DNA of 64,000 bases from Octopus bimaculoides (taxonomy: Eukaryota). The position numbers and the translations under genes were made by a program. The notes beneath the pieces were generated by a model, which saw nothing but the letters and a program-made list of their open reading frames with translations, was not told where the DNA came from and ran no database searches. The stretch covers positions 60,651,283-60,715,282 of the forward strand of contig NC_068984.1 of the NCBI RefSeq assembly GCF_001194135.2, in the 5' to 3' direction. Below are positions 12,205-23,189 of the stretch, in pieces (positions within the stretch are counted from its first letter, which is position 1; every line of letters begins with the position of its first letter).

Positions 12205-12374
12205 CTGAGGAATATATTTGCTGTTAGATTACACTGTGTAACAGAAGTTTAATTTTTTTGTCTTTGTCAGTAAGTGTTATTTCCTATTTGATTCTATCTT
12301 GAAATTAAAGGAAATGGCTACTATTCCTTTCAGACTTTGCTTTTGTGACCTGGACATCAATTTTTGAAACTCAC

Positions 12375-12407
12375 CTGTACATTTCAGACAGATTCAGCAC
12401 TGAGTTG
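12375..12407 (-). CDS. Candidate 33-nt exon (phase 2-2)
   Basis: ATTTCTGCTTCAG acceptor, consensus CAG|GTGAGT donor, one open frame (NSVLNLSEMY). Its phase does not match the 12061-12204 candidate. Confidence 0.3.
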
Positions 12408-13495
12408 CTGAAGCAGAAATATCATTATAACAAATATTCTATTCAATACCACAGATTTGCTTTCCAGTTGCTTAACCTTAACTACTTGCACATGACACTT
12501 AGTGGCCAACAATATGTGCATCTCTGGTCATGAGTATGAGTAGTGTGGCACATCATAGCCATGTGCTGAGAAGGATTCTTTGGCATTTGAATAAAGGTAA
12601 CAAAAGCAAAGTTTGAAGGAAATATTAGCCATTTTTCATACATTCTAGAGGTTAACAAATAGGAAATAACAGTTGCTACCCAAGGACAAAAATCATGTTA
12701 CACTGTGTTATATGTTAGTTTACTGCAATAGTTCTAGATAATTTAGTTCTCATTCTTGGATTCTAGACATAGAAAAGCCATTGTAATATAAAGAGTTTTG
12801 CCCAGACACACAATAAGATGATAGCAACAAGGTTTTTGGAAATCAATAAATTAAGAGAATTATTAAGGCAATGGTAAAAAATGTCCCGCATTATTTGTTT
12901 GGGATTCTTGTGTTCTGTGTTCCAGTCTGACCAAAGTCATCTTTGCTTTTCATCCCTCCAGACTCAATACAATTAAGTATCAGCCCAGGGTGGTAGATTG
13001 CTAAAATTGTTTGAGTATTGGACAAAATGCCAAATGAAATTTGTTTCAGTTTTTTATATTCTAAATGGTTTCTCAGGTGTGATAAATTTTTCTGTATCCA
13101 ACTGACAAGATGGTTTTTTGTGAAAATTTATCTGAAGGAAAGCAATGGGAGATAACCTTTATGTTCCCTTATGAAAGTTTCATGACAAATATAAAAGTAC
13201 TTACCTAGTAAGTTATCAGGGAGTGGGGTCGCTTATTGATCTGTTGGTGCCCCCCCCCCCAAAAAAAAAGACATAATTTTGAACTTAAGATAACAACACC
13301 TTCTTCAGTTGGCCATTTCACCTCTACTGATATAGTCTTTAAAGCTCTACTAAAAATAATTCCTTCAATTTGTTTCCATGAGGAATTTATATTGATTTCT
13401 GTTGTATTATTTTACTTATCTTAGATCTATATTTTGCTCAATGTTTCAGCCACTAATGGTTTCAATCTCATCAGGTGATATTTTTTCAATTAGAC

Positions 13496-13620
13496 TAGTG
13501 GTGTTCAATTGGGATCCATATGGACCCTGAGTGTCCAAATAAGATTTTTGGGAGACCATACAATAAAATAGTAAATTGGGGATCCACAATAGTATTTTAT
13601 GGATCCCTGAAAAGATTTTT
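13496..13620 (+). mobile_element. Decayed hAT-like MITE fragment
   Basis: Starts TAGTGGTGTTCAATTGGGATCC, resembling CAGTGGTTCTCAAC-type hAT ends. Internal GGG(A/T)CC repeats. A similar end, CAGTGGTTTTCAACC, is at 1830. Confidence 0.35.
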
Positions 13621-13744
13621 GCTTTAGATGTTTATATTGGTGGATGTTTGTTTGTAATTTTGCTTTAGATGTATTGCAAGAAACAGCTAGATTTCTTTCT
13701 CAAAGTTCAACCTTACGCAGTTCAGCCTACACAAGTTAATGTGT

Positions 13745-13930
13745 GAATAATATTCTAACTCTTTTATACTTAAACTGTCAAGATCTGGTCTCTCACACCT
13801 ACCTTACAATGTCATTGTAAAAATAAACAATCACTTCATCAAAATCTCAAAGCTACAAGATGATTAATTCAAAACAATGTGAACAAATAGGCATTACATT
13901 TGACAGAGTAATCTGAATGCTAAAAGGTTA
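13745..13930 (-). mobile_element. MITE-E (piggyBac-like ends) fragment
   Basis: Reverse complement of 60457-60722. Ends ...ATCTGAATGCTAAAAGGTTAA. Confidence 0.7.
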
Positions 13931-14409
13931 AGAAGGATTGAAATGTGGCAGTCAATGCTATAGCAGATGATGGGTTGAAACACATTAGGAGCAATATCAG
14001 TTAGTGATATTGCGAATCATCAGTTTGACATTGTCTCATTGAGGAAGGATTTAGTTGAAAGTTTGTTACACTTCAGTAGGAAGCTTGCTATGCTAATGAG
14101 GAAGGAGAGAGAGAGGTATTTGCAGAGGCAGTAGCAATTGACCAGATATTACAACAAATTTTGAATGCTTTGAAGTGTGATCAAATTAGCTTTCTTTATT
14201 TGAATAAAAGTTGAAGTGAATGGTGGCTTCATCCCATGGTTAGATATGCTTTGATATTAGGAACTTGAAAAAAAAAGAAAAAAAAAGAAAAACTACCTAT
14301 GCATATAATCCTTGCTACACTCTAGATATTTTTTATATTTTAAAATGTTCTCTTAGTCATATAAGTCTTGTTGCTACTGCTGCTGTTGCAGTTGTTGTTG
14401 CTGTTGTTG

Positions 14410-14620
14410 TTTTTTAACTTCAGGTCAGACCTGATAAAACATAGCTATCAAGAAAGGTGTTTTGGCTATGACTATCTTATTGTTTTAGGAACATGAAGGA
14501 CCTATATTATCTAATGTGTCGAGTGAGGGTGTTTCTCTGTAGTCACTAGACTTGCTAGAAATAGTCACTAAATCTCTCTCAATAGTCAGTGAAAATCATG
14601 TCTTGAATAAGTCTTATTGT
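14410..14620 (+). repeat. Interspersed repeat G (unclassified)
   Basis: Shares TCAGGTCAG.CCTGAT and GACTTGCTAGAAATAG motifs with copies at ~6400-6950, 33790-33990, 45250-45560 and 47150-47480. Confidence 0.55.
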
Positions 14621-15661
14621 TGCCCATAAGATGGTTTATGACTCTATGTACAAGTGTCCATCACCTTTCTCACACTATATCATTTCATTCAGTGAAATAG
14701 TGTTTTACTTTAATTCGGTTTAAATTTGGCATGGTACCAATCTATCAAAGCAAAGATTTTTTTCTTTGTATGTATTCCAGTATTCTACTGTCTTTGAGCA
14801 GTTGCTTGAATCTTTTAAATATGTTTCTGACTGAAATACTTTATGCTGTCAGACCTCACAATTAAAACTACCATCTCTGTTTGTCAGCTGGAAATGGCAG
14901 TTCATTATTAGTCATTTCTTAATGGAAATTGTCTTCAAGCTGATCTGTGGTTCTCTAGAACTGTACCAGGGCTCAGTCACAATCACTTCTTTCCAATGTT
15001 TTAACCTTTGTAATTTTTATCTGTTAGAAAGATACTTACAAGTATCTATCTGAAGAATTTTCTTTATATGCTGGTGAATCGCCTAATGGTTCTTCTACTA
15101 TTTGTAATTAAAAACCTCCAACTTTGATTCTCTTTCCAGTGATAGAATATTTGACAAATATGGTAATATTTGAAATAGTAAATGTACTATTGTTGTTTTA
15201 GTAATTCAGGTAAGCCTTGACTTAGAAGACCTACAGCAAGTAGATAGTCAGCTGAATGACTTATTGGAATCCAAAGTTCTATAGCTCCAAATCGGCCATT
15301 ATGGTCTCCTGTAATAAATTGTTATTGTTTGACTCTCATTCTATCTGAAATTATACTGTTCTGTTTGCTTTTGTTTCTCCTCAATGTATTACACCAGTCA
15401 TGGGTAAATTGTGACCCACCAGAACCTTCTGAATGGCTTGCCTAATGGAAAATTATCTTGAATTTTTCTTTAGTAGTGTGGTTTGCTTGATGATTTGCCA
15501 TTTGTCACATAACCACTTCTCCAGAAAGATTGCCCATGCTTGTACTATACAAAGTATATTATTCATTGTTCTTTAAGATGGTAATATGAAGTTTGATGGA
15601 GATATTGCTATTACTAACTACTCAAGTAACTGTATAGAAACTACTTTGTAGATTTGTGATT

Positions 15662-15675
15662 GTTGCTATGACAAC
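15662..15675. promoter_or_regulatory. RFX X-box motif GTTGCTATGACAAC
   Basis: Matches the X-box consensus GTHNYYATRRNAAC and the stricter GTTRCYATGRCAAC. Lies in unique sequence. Confidence 0.45.
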
Positions 15676-15727
15676 AGGGGTAAATGAGGTGGCCTCATAC
15701 TTAGACAAACATTTTATAACCATTCTC

Positions 15728-16210
<483 letters not shown>

Positions 16211-16476
16211 CCTATGCCTATAGGCATAGCCACTCCTATTCTGTAAACTAGAATTTAAATTTCCATCAGGACTCAATTGAAATAGGCTGGTAGTTCTATC
16301 AGAAACTGTAAGGTTTTAGAATTGATTCCAATCTGAGAAAAAAGTGTGAGATTCACAAAATTTCAGGTTGCAAAACTTTGACAGAACTGGTTTGAAGCTA
16401 ATTATAAAAAGAATCATGTTGTCATGATTGTTTTGATTAAAATCCACAACTCAGTGAGCATATTTATATGCGTGTG

Positions 16477-16507
<31 letters not shown>

Positions 16508-17149
16508 GTGTGTGTTGTGTGTGTGTGCATCCGCATGTGTGCCAATGCATAGCATTGTACATAAAAATAAAAATGGACTAAAAAACTACAGCTGTATTTG
16601 TGTGAAACTTGCATATGATTCATAGGTTCATGAAAATAAGTAAAAAAAATTTAGTGCTATGTTAACCACACTGCATCTTCATGATAAAAAAGTAATATGT
16701 AAATTTATGACTCCCTGAAAACACATGCTAATATTATCTTAACGCTTTCAGGTTTACATGCATTTCTGTGCACACATGTATTTATGTTTTTTTCACCAGC
16801 AAACAAATATGTGCCCATCATATCATTTGTGTTTACACGGACCATTAAATATGAAAGAGAGCATTGGTTATTGACCAACAAAATATATTTTCTGAAAATT
16901 GTGTTAATCAAATCTTTATAATATGCCCAATATAAATCCAGCAATGTTACCACTGTAAGGGATTTGACTGCAAAAGAAAAATTGATAAAACTTCTTAAGT
17001 CAACACCAATCAATGTAAACGCAAGCAGCCAACTATTATAATGTAATGTGGATAATTGGAAATGGGTTTTATGAGGTGTAGCAATGAGTTCAAGGTTTAC
17101 TAGACATAACAGAGAGTTGCTTCTTTCAGTGTTTTTTACCATTTCTATA

Positions 17150-17860
17150 TGTGAAAGTAATATTGATTTCAAATTTTGGCACAAGACCAGCAATTTCAGT
17201 GAAGTGAGTAAGTCAATTACATCGACCCCCAGTGCTCAACTGGTACTTATTTTATCGACCACGAAAGGATGAAAGGCAAAGTCGACCTTGGCGGAATTTG
17301 AACTCAGAACATAAAAACTGATGAAGCATTTTGTCCAGCATGCTAATGATTCCGCCACTTCACTACCTTTATATGTGAAAGTAATATTGATTTCAAATTT
17401 GAGCACAAGGCCAGCAATTTTGGTGAAGCAGGTAAATCAATTACATCGACCCCAGTGTTCAATTTATACTTATTTTATTAACCCCAAAAGTATAAAAGGC
17501 AAAATTGATCTCGGTGACATTTGAACTCAGAATGTAAAGACAAACGAAATGCCACTGAGCATTTTGTCCAGCATGCTAATGGTTCTGCCACTTCACTGCC
17601 TTTATATGTGAGAGTAATATTATTAGAATGTATAAGGCAGTGAGCTGGCAGAATTGTTAGCATGCTTGGAAAAATGCTTAGCAGCATCTCATTCATCTTT
17701 ATGTTCCGAGTTCAAATTCCTGTAAAGGTTGACTTTACATTTCATCCTTTAGGAGATGATAAAATAAGTTCCATTTGAGCATTATGGTCAATGTAATTGA
17801 TTTGGACCCTCCACCGAGGGTCCAAATGTTTGCTGATCTTGTGTTAAAATTTGAAACCAA
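17150..17860. mobile_element. Cluster of SINE-C copies (minus copies followed by one plus copy)
   Basis: Repeated ATCGACCCCAGTGCTCAACTGGTACTTATTTTATCGACC...GGATGAAAGGCAAAGTCGACC...AATTTGAACTCAG. The plus copy starts near 17636 with GGCAGTGAGCTGGCAGAA. Confidence 0.85.
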
Positions 17861-17866
17861 TATTTG

Positions 17867-17904
<38 letters not shown>

Positions 17905-17909
<5 letters not shown>

Positions 17910-18190
17910 ATTCGAGCAAGGTCGTTGCCAGTACCACTGGACTGGCTCCTGTGCAGATGGCACGTAAAAACCACCATTTTGAGCATGGCCGTTGCCAGTA
18001 CCATGTGACTGACCCTCATGCTGGTGGCACATAAAAGCACCCACTACACTCTCAGAGTGGTTGCCGTTAGGAAGAGCATCCAGCTGTAGAAACTCTGCCA
18101 GATCAGATTGGAGTCTGGTGCAGCCATCCGGTTCACCAGTCCTCAGTCAATTCGTCCAACCCATGCTAGCATGGAAAGTGGATGTTAAAC

Positions 18191-18225
<35 letters not shown>
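17905..18225 (+). mobile_element. RTE-tailed element with (GAT)n tail inserted within (TA)n
   Basis: (TA)n on both sides. Ends CCCATGCTAGCATGGAAAGTGGATGTTAAAC(GAT)n. Confidence 0.85.
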
Positions 18226-18256
<31 letters not shown>

Positions 18257-18504
18257 CTGTAGCACCTAAGTAAAACTGCTGAAACAGTTTGGTGTAAATA
18301 TTGATATCTTCTAGAGTGTTGAATTTATGGCCTTCTTCCAAGTATCTGAAAAATTGTTTTTATAACTAAAATTTGTTGTTGTTTAAATCTGTCTTAATTG
18401 AACAAACCTATGAACAATGACTTTCCAGCTATGACCATTCTGACTTTTCTCAGAATTAGTATTTATTAGATAGTTAGTCAGTTACTTCTCTCTATACTAT
18501 AGGG

Positions 18505-18870
18505 TATATAAGGTTGCAACATGATCTCTCCAATCAGCTCTGTTTTCGACTACTCTTCTGGTCTCATTCTGGATTCTCCACCCTTTACGTCTCCTTTCAT
18601 TGTCAATGGTCCTTCGCCATATGGTTTCAGGGCACCCTGCTGCTCTTTGCCTCTCAGGTTGTCACTTTAGTGCCACCATACAATCACTTTCTCGATCTTG
18701 CCTGACAACATGTCTGATCTAGTTCCAATGTGTTTGTGTGTTTTATTTCATCACTGATCCTGCCTGGGATCTCATATTAGGAAAAGAGATGTTGACTTAT
18801 GCAGCATTTCAGTTGCATTGGTTTAAAAATGAATTGAATATGCACTGAGACTAAATTCCTCTTGAATCTT
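18505..18870 (-). mobile_element. Decayed RTE-type LINE, ORF C-terminus (second family)
   Basis: Minus translation WN*IRHVVRQDRESDCMVALK*QPERQRAAGCPETIWRRTIDNE...NRADWRDHVATL matches the RTE C-terminal WIGHVLR...GRP..TWRR...DR..WR pattern. Confidence 0.8.
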
Positions 18871-18877
18871 GTAGTCA

Positions 18878-19210
18878 GGAAGGTACATGGCTCAGTGGTT
18901 AGAGCATCAGGCTCACAATCGTGAAGAAGTAAGTTTGATTTTCAGACCAGGCTGTGTATTGTGTTCTTGAGCAAGACACTTTATTTCACATTGCTCCAGT
19001 TCATTCAGCTGTAGAAATGAGTTGCAATGTCACTGGTGTCAAGCTGTATTGTCCTTGGATAACATCAGTGGTGAGGAGAGGTGAAGCTGGCATGCATGGT
19101 GACTGTTGGTCTTCCATAAACAACCTTGCCCAAACTTCTGCCTCAGAGGGGAACTTTTTGGGTGCAATCTTATGGTCATTTGTGACCAAAGGGGGTCTTT
19201 ACACTTTACT
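18878..19210 (+). mobile_element. tRNA-derived SINE with a SINE-B-like head and a different body
   Basis: GGAAGGTACATGGCTCAGTGGTTAGAGCATCAGGCTCAC head. Its 3' end resembles 38970-39045. Confidence 0.65.
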
Positions 19211-19439
19211 CTGTCATCAGGAAGGAAAGCAGCATTCAGGATTTTTTACTTGGACTCTGAGACTGGTAGGGGTGGGAGAGAGAGAGAGAGAGAAAAAGCA
19301 AGTGATGAAAGGAGAGAGGTATCATCAAACTAGAAACCTAACCCAAGTGCTTACATTAGAGGGGACCTTTATATCAACCAAGGTGTCAAATTCTGATTAA
19401 GTCAATAGCCCAAAACCAAAACAGAAAATAATCCTTTCT

Positions 19440-19650
19440 TATTTAGGCACAAGGCCAGCAATTTTGAGGGGTTAGGGAAGTGAAATACACTGATCTCAAT
19501 GTTCAACTGGTATTTATTTTATTGATCCCCAAACAATGAAGGGCAAAGTCAACCTAGGATGAGTTTGAACTCAGAACATAAAAACTGATTAAAAGTTGTT
19601 AAGCACTTTGTCTGGTGTGCTGACTATTCTGCCAGTTCATCACCTTCAAG
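19440..19650 (-). mobile_element. SINE-C copy
   Basis: Same motifs as the 17150 cluster. Confidence 0.75.
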
Positions 19651-20536
19651 ACAGAAAATAATTACAGCATTGTAATCATATCCTATTGGGGTAAAACTCT
19701 TGTAGATGGGGAGAAATTGAAAAAATAAAAAAATAACATAGAGGCAAGTATATTATCTGTTGCAATAAGGAGCAACAAAAAAAGAAAATGGTCAAGTGCA
19801 TAGGTTTATTTTTTTATATACTTGTTTCCTTCAAAAACTTTAACAACAATGCAAGAAAGAAAGAAATCTCAGACTACTTTGAAACTCAATATTCTGTAGC
19901 GAGCGCCAACCATTGATGTTGCTGTAGGGCTTGTAGACTTACTGATATTTGGAAATGCCTTGCAGTGTGCAAATAATGGTGGGGGGGGGGAGTGATACAA
20001 AGGACAGTCTAATATAGTTAGCCTGAAGCAAACAGTTGTACTACTTCTTCATGCTTACATTTCTAAATAACAACTACTAAACTGAAAAGATATATAAAAG
20101 TTATGCATTTTAGAAATATGAAAACATCAACTGAACCAATCAATAAATTTGGATGAATAGTTGTGTGTGCATGTGTGTGTAGTGTGGTGTGGTATGTATG
20201 TTTGTGTGTGTATATGCACGTGTGTTTTTGTGTGCCAGTTTGTATTTATATTTGTACTTATATACATGAGTAAATGTGTATATATTGTATATATATATGA
20301 ATGTGTGCATACTACACACATATATGTGTGTGTGTTTATATAAGAGTACATGTATACATATATACACACAAACCCAAACTTATACATATATACACACATG
20401 CAAATATATATATATATATATGTAAGTATATATATGTGTGTATGTGTATGTAATATATATACACACACATACACACATATATACACACACATATATATTA
20501 TATACACATACATGCATATATATATATATGCACACT

Positions 20537-20568
<32 letters not shown>

Positions 20569-20694
20569 CATAAAAATTTATGTATATACATATACACATA
20601 TTCTTACATACAGACATCTAGGTATAGATCTGTATACACGTATGGATACATATGAATAAGTACATATGTTTGTGTGTATGTATGTGTGTATGTA

Positions 20695-20735
<41 letters not shown>

Positions 20736-21132
20736 TTGTATGTATATATTTGAGTGTGTGTGTACTCCTACTTCCTGTAATTGAAGTGGAGCAGACAAAT
20801 GTGTTTTATTATTGATTTGGATTTGTTTGAATACATATCACTGAAGCATGTGGTTTAAGAGTCCAAGGTCCACATCTCTTAAAAGGATTAACTTCTGCAT
20901 TACTTTTCTGCTATTGAAGGAGAAAGACTTGTGAGAGGTGCGTGTTAAATGGCAGAGATCAATGTAGAGAGGAATGGCAAATGTGAGAGAGTGAGTAAGA
21001 GAGTAAAAGAAGATGGAATGAGAGAGAGAGAGAGAGTGGGGGAGGGGAAAGAAGGCTAGGGAGTGGGGATATAAATTGAAAGATGAAAATTTTGCTGGCA
21101 ATATTACTTATATGTGTGCACATGTTTTTGTG

Positions 21133-21180
<48 letters not shown>

Positions 21181-21659
21181 TACAATGGGCTTCTTTCAGT
21201 TTCTGTCTATTAAATTCACTTACAAGATTTTGATCAGCTTGAAGTTACAGTAGAAGACACATGCCCAAAATGTCACAGAGTTGGACTCAACCTGAAGTCA
21301 TGTGATTGGGAAGCAAATTTATTAATGACATACTCATTCCTGTGCCTTATATATGTGCATGTGTGTACATTTACAAATACACACACACACATGCGCATGT
21401 GTGTGTGTAAATATATACATATATATATATATGAAATAACAAAGGCGGCTATAAGCAATATAAAACCCAAAAGGGATGAATTCAGTTGTCACTAATTGTG
21501 ACTGATGATGCAGGGTAGCACCTACATTGCTAGAAATAAGAGGTAAAAACCCTTTTAGTTGCAAAGAAGCACATATTTATATTTAAATTTAAAAGTTTGC
21601 ATGAAAGGAAAAGAAGACACAATATCCTATCCAAAAATAAAAGGTATTTTAGATGAACA

Positions 21660-22390
21660 TCAAATAATATCAACTAAATCATAGCTGGGAGATAAGAGTT
21701 TGCTCAAAGTAAACTATCAGCTTCCAGCAAGCATGAAGACTGCTTTGGTACCTAGTGCATGCATTCTTCTCTGTGCCCTTGGAGAGATCTTCAAACTTGA
21801 TCTTGGTCACCAGTTTTGCCTTGGTGTTGCAGGCAGAGTGATTGGTGTCTTTCTCAACCATGCCTCACATGTAGTAATCCTTGGGTTTCAAATTGGGGTA
21901 ATTAGGAAGCTAGAAGTTGGCTGGTGAAATCACATGAATTCTTCAACAACCATTTCTGACTCTTTCCAGACATAAGATAAGGAGTTGAATCCTACTGGCC
22001 TATGGTCTTCCTTCAACAACCCTCTCCAGCCAGGCGTTGAACACAGTCTCCAGTGGTTTCAAATAGCCATCTGAATTGAGTTTAAGGCCCTGTTCAGATA
22101 TGTGGGGAAGAATTTCAGCTTGTGGGCATTGTCAAAATTCTTGCTGTGTCCCTTCTTGCTGGCCACGACTTTGTAGTCTTCATTGCAGCTGCCTGTGTGA
22201 TGTCTTACAGCCATGACAGTGTTCACAGCACATTGAGCAGCAGTCATGAAATCAACATTTTGATACCTGGCATGAATCATCATGATACAGGTAACTCTTT
22301 TCCAATATTCAGATGTTCGCCAATGCATAAAGCTGTTCCTGAAAAGAAGTGACATAAAAATCATGAAATTTAGCTTGAACACTCTGCATA
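21660..22390 (-). pseudogene. Internally deleted, frameshifted Tc1/mariner transposase, DD37D (maT-like)
   Basis: Minus-strand peptides PHISEQGLKLNSDGYLKPLE, Q*DSTPYLMSGKSQKWLLKN, NF*LPNYPNLKPKDYYM*GMVEKDTNHSACNTKAKLV. N-terminal HTH-like segment in ORF 22059-22382. TA-flanked candidate end TGCAGAGTGTTCAAGCTAAATTT near 22388. Confidence 0.85.
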
Positions 22391-22394
22391 TATA

Positions 22395-22598
22395 TATATA
22401 AAACCATTAACACAGAGAATGGAGTGAGTAACTCATTTTATTGCATAATTCTGCACTTGTTTCATCAACATATTATCAGAAGTTTATTGCTGGAATACCT
22501 TCTAGCAATAAACATCTGGTAAAGCATCTATGAAACAGTTGTAGAATTATGCAATAAAATGAGTTGCTCTCTCCATTCTCTGTGTTAATGTTTATATA
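22395..22598. repeat. Fold-back (palindromic) element, ~70-bp arms
   Basis: 22395-22465 is the reverse complement of ~22530-22598 with few mismatches. Inner hairpin TTTATTGCT...AGCAATAAA. Confidence 0.9.
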
Positions 22599-22723
22599 AA
22601 CTTTGCATATAGTTATGGATTTTCAGATATGTCATCTATGAAGTGATCCATTTTCCTTGGTTGATAGTATCTGATAGTTGATACTTGTGTGTAGGTTATG
22701 ATCTAAATGGTATACATACATAG

Positions 22724-22864
<141 letters not shown>

Positions 22865-23189
22865 TACAAACAAACAAACAAACAAACAAACAAACAAACC
22901 TCTCTTGCATCAGTTTAATTTGAAGCAAATGAAGCTTCAGGTTAAATCATTGGGTTTGAAACCCATCAGCTACCTTCAGTTCATTCTATCCCCCAATTTT
23001 TTAAAACCCAATATTATATGCTGTTATATATAGCTTCATTTGCTTTGTATTAAACTGTTCCAAAGAAAGAATTATTTCATGGTCTCTCAAAGTTTATAAA
23101 TTCTTATGACGTTAACAACAACGACAACAACAATGTATATATAAACACACACACACGCATATATATGTACATACACATTTGTATATATA

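Noticed and set aside
13199-13245. Consensus minus donor TAG|GTAAGT with a nearby acceptor
   Set aside because: All three frames of the 36-nt exon contain a stop, and the acceptor is weak.
15028-15073. Plus-strand exon candidate KDTYKYLSEEFSLYA (also 56188-56220 DYLSLQPKTK)
   Set aside because: Isolated and overlapping a minus candidate. Kept only as evidence of the false-positive rate of by-eye exon calls.
14600-15700. Stop-poor, coding-looking frames on the minus strand
   Set aside because: Frames are repeatedly interrupted and match no protein or TE motif I recognise.
18255-18335. Minus frame YLEEGHKFNTLEDINIYTKLFQQFYLG behind a good acceptor
   Set aside because: No credible donor before it runs into (TA)n, and no homology recognised.
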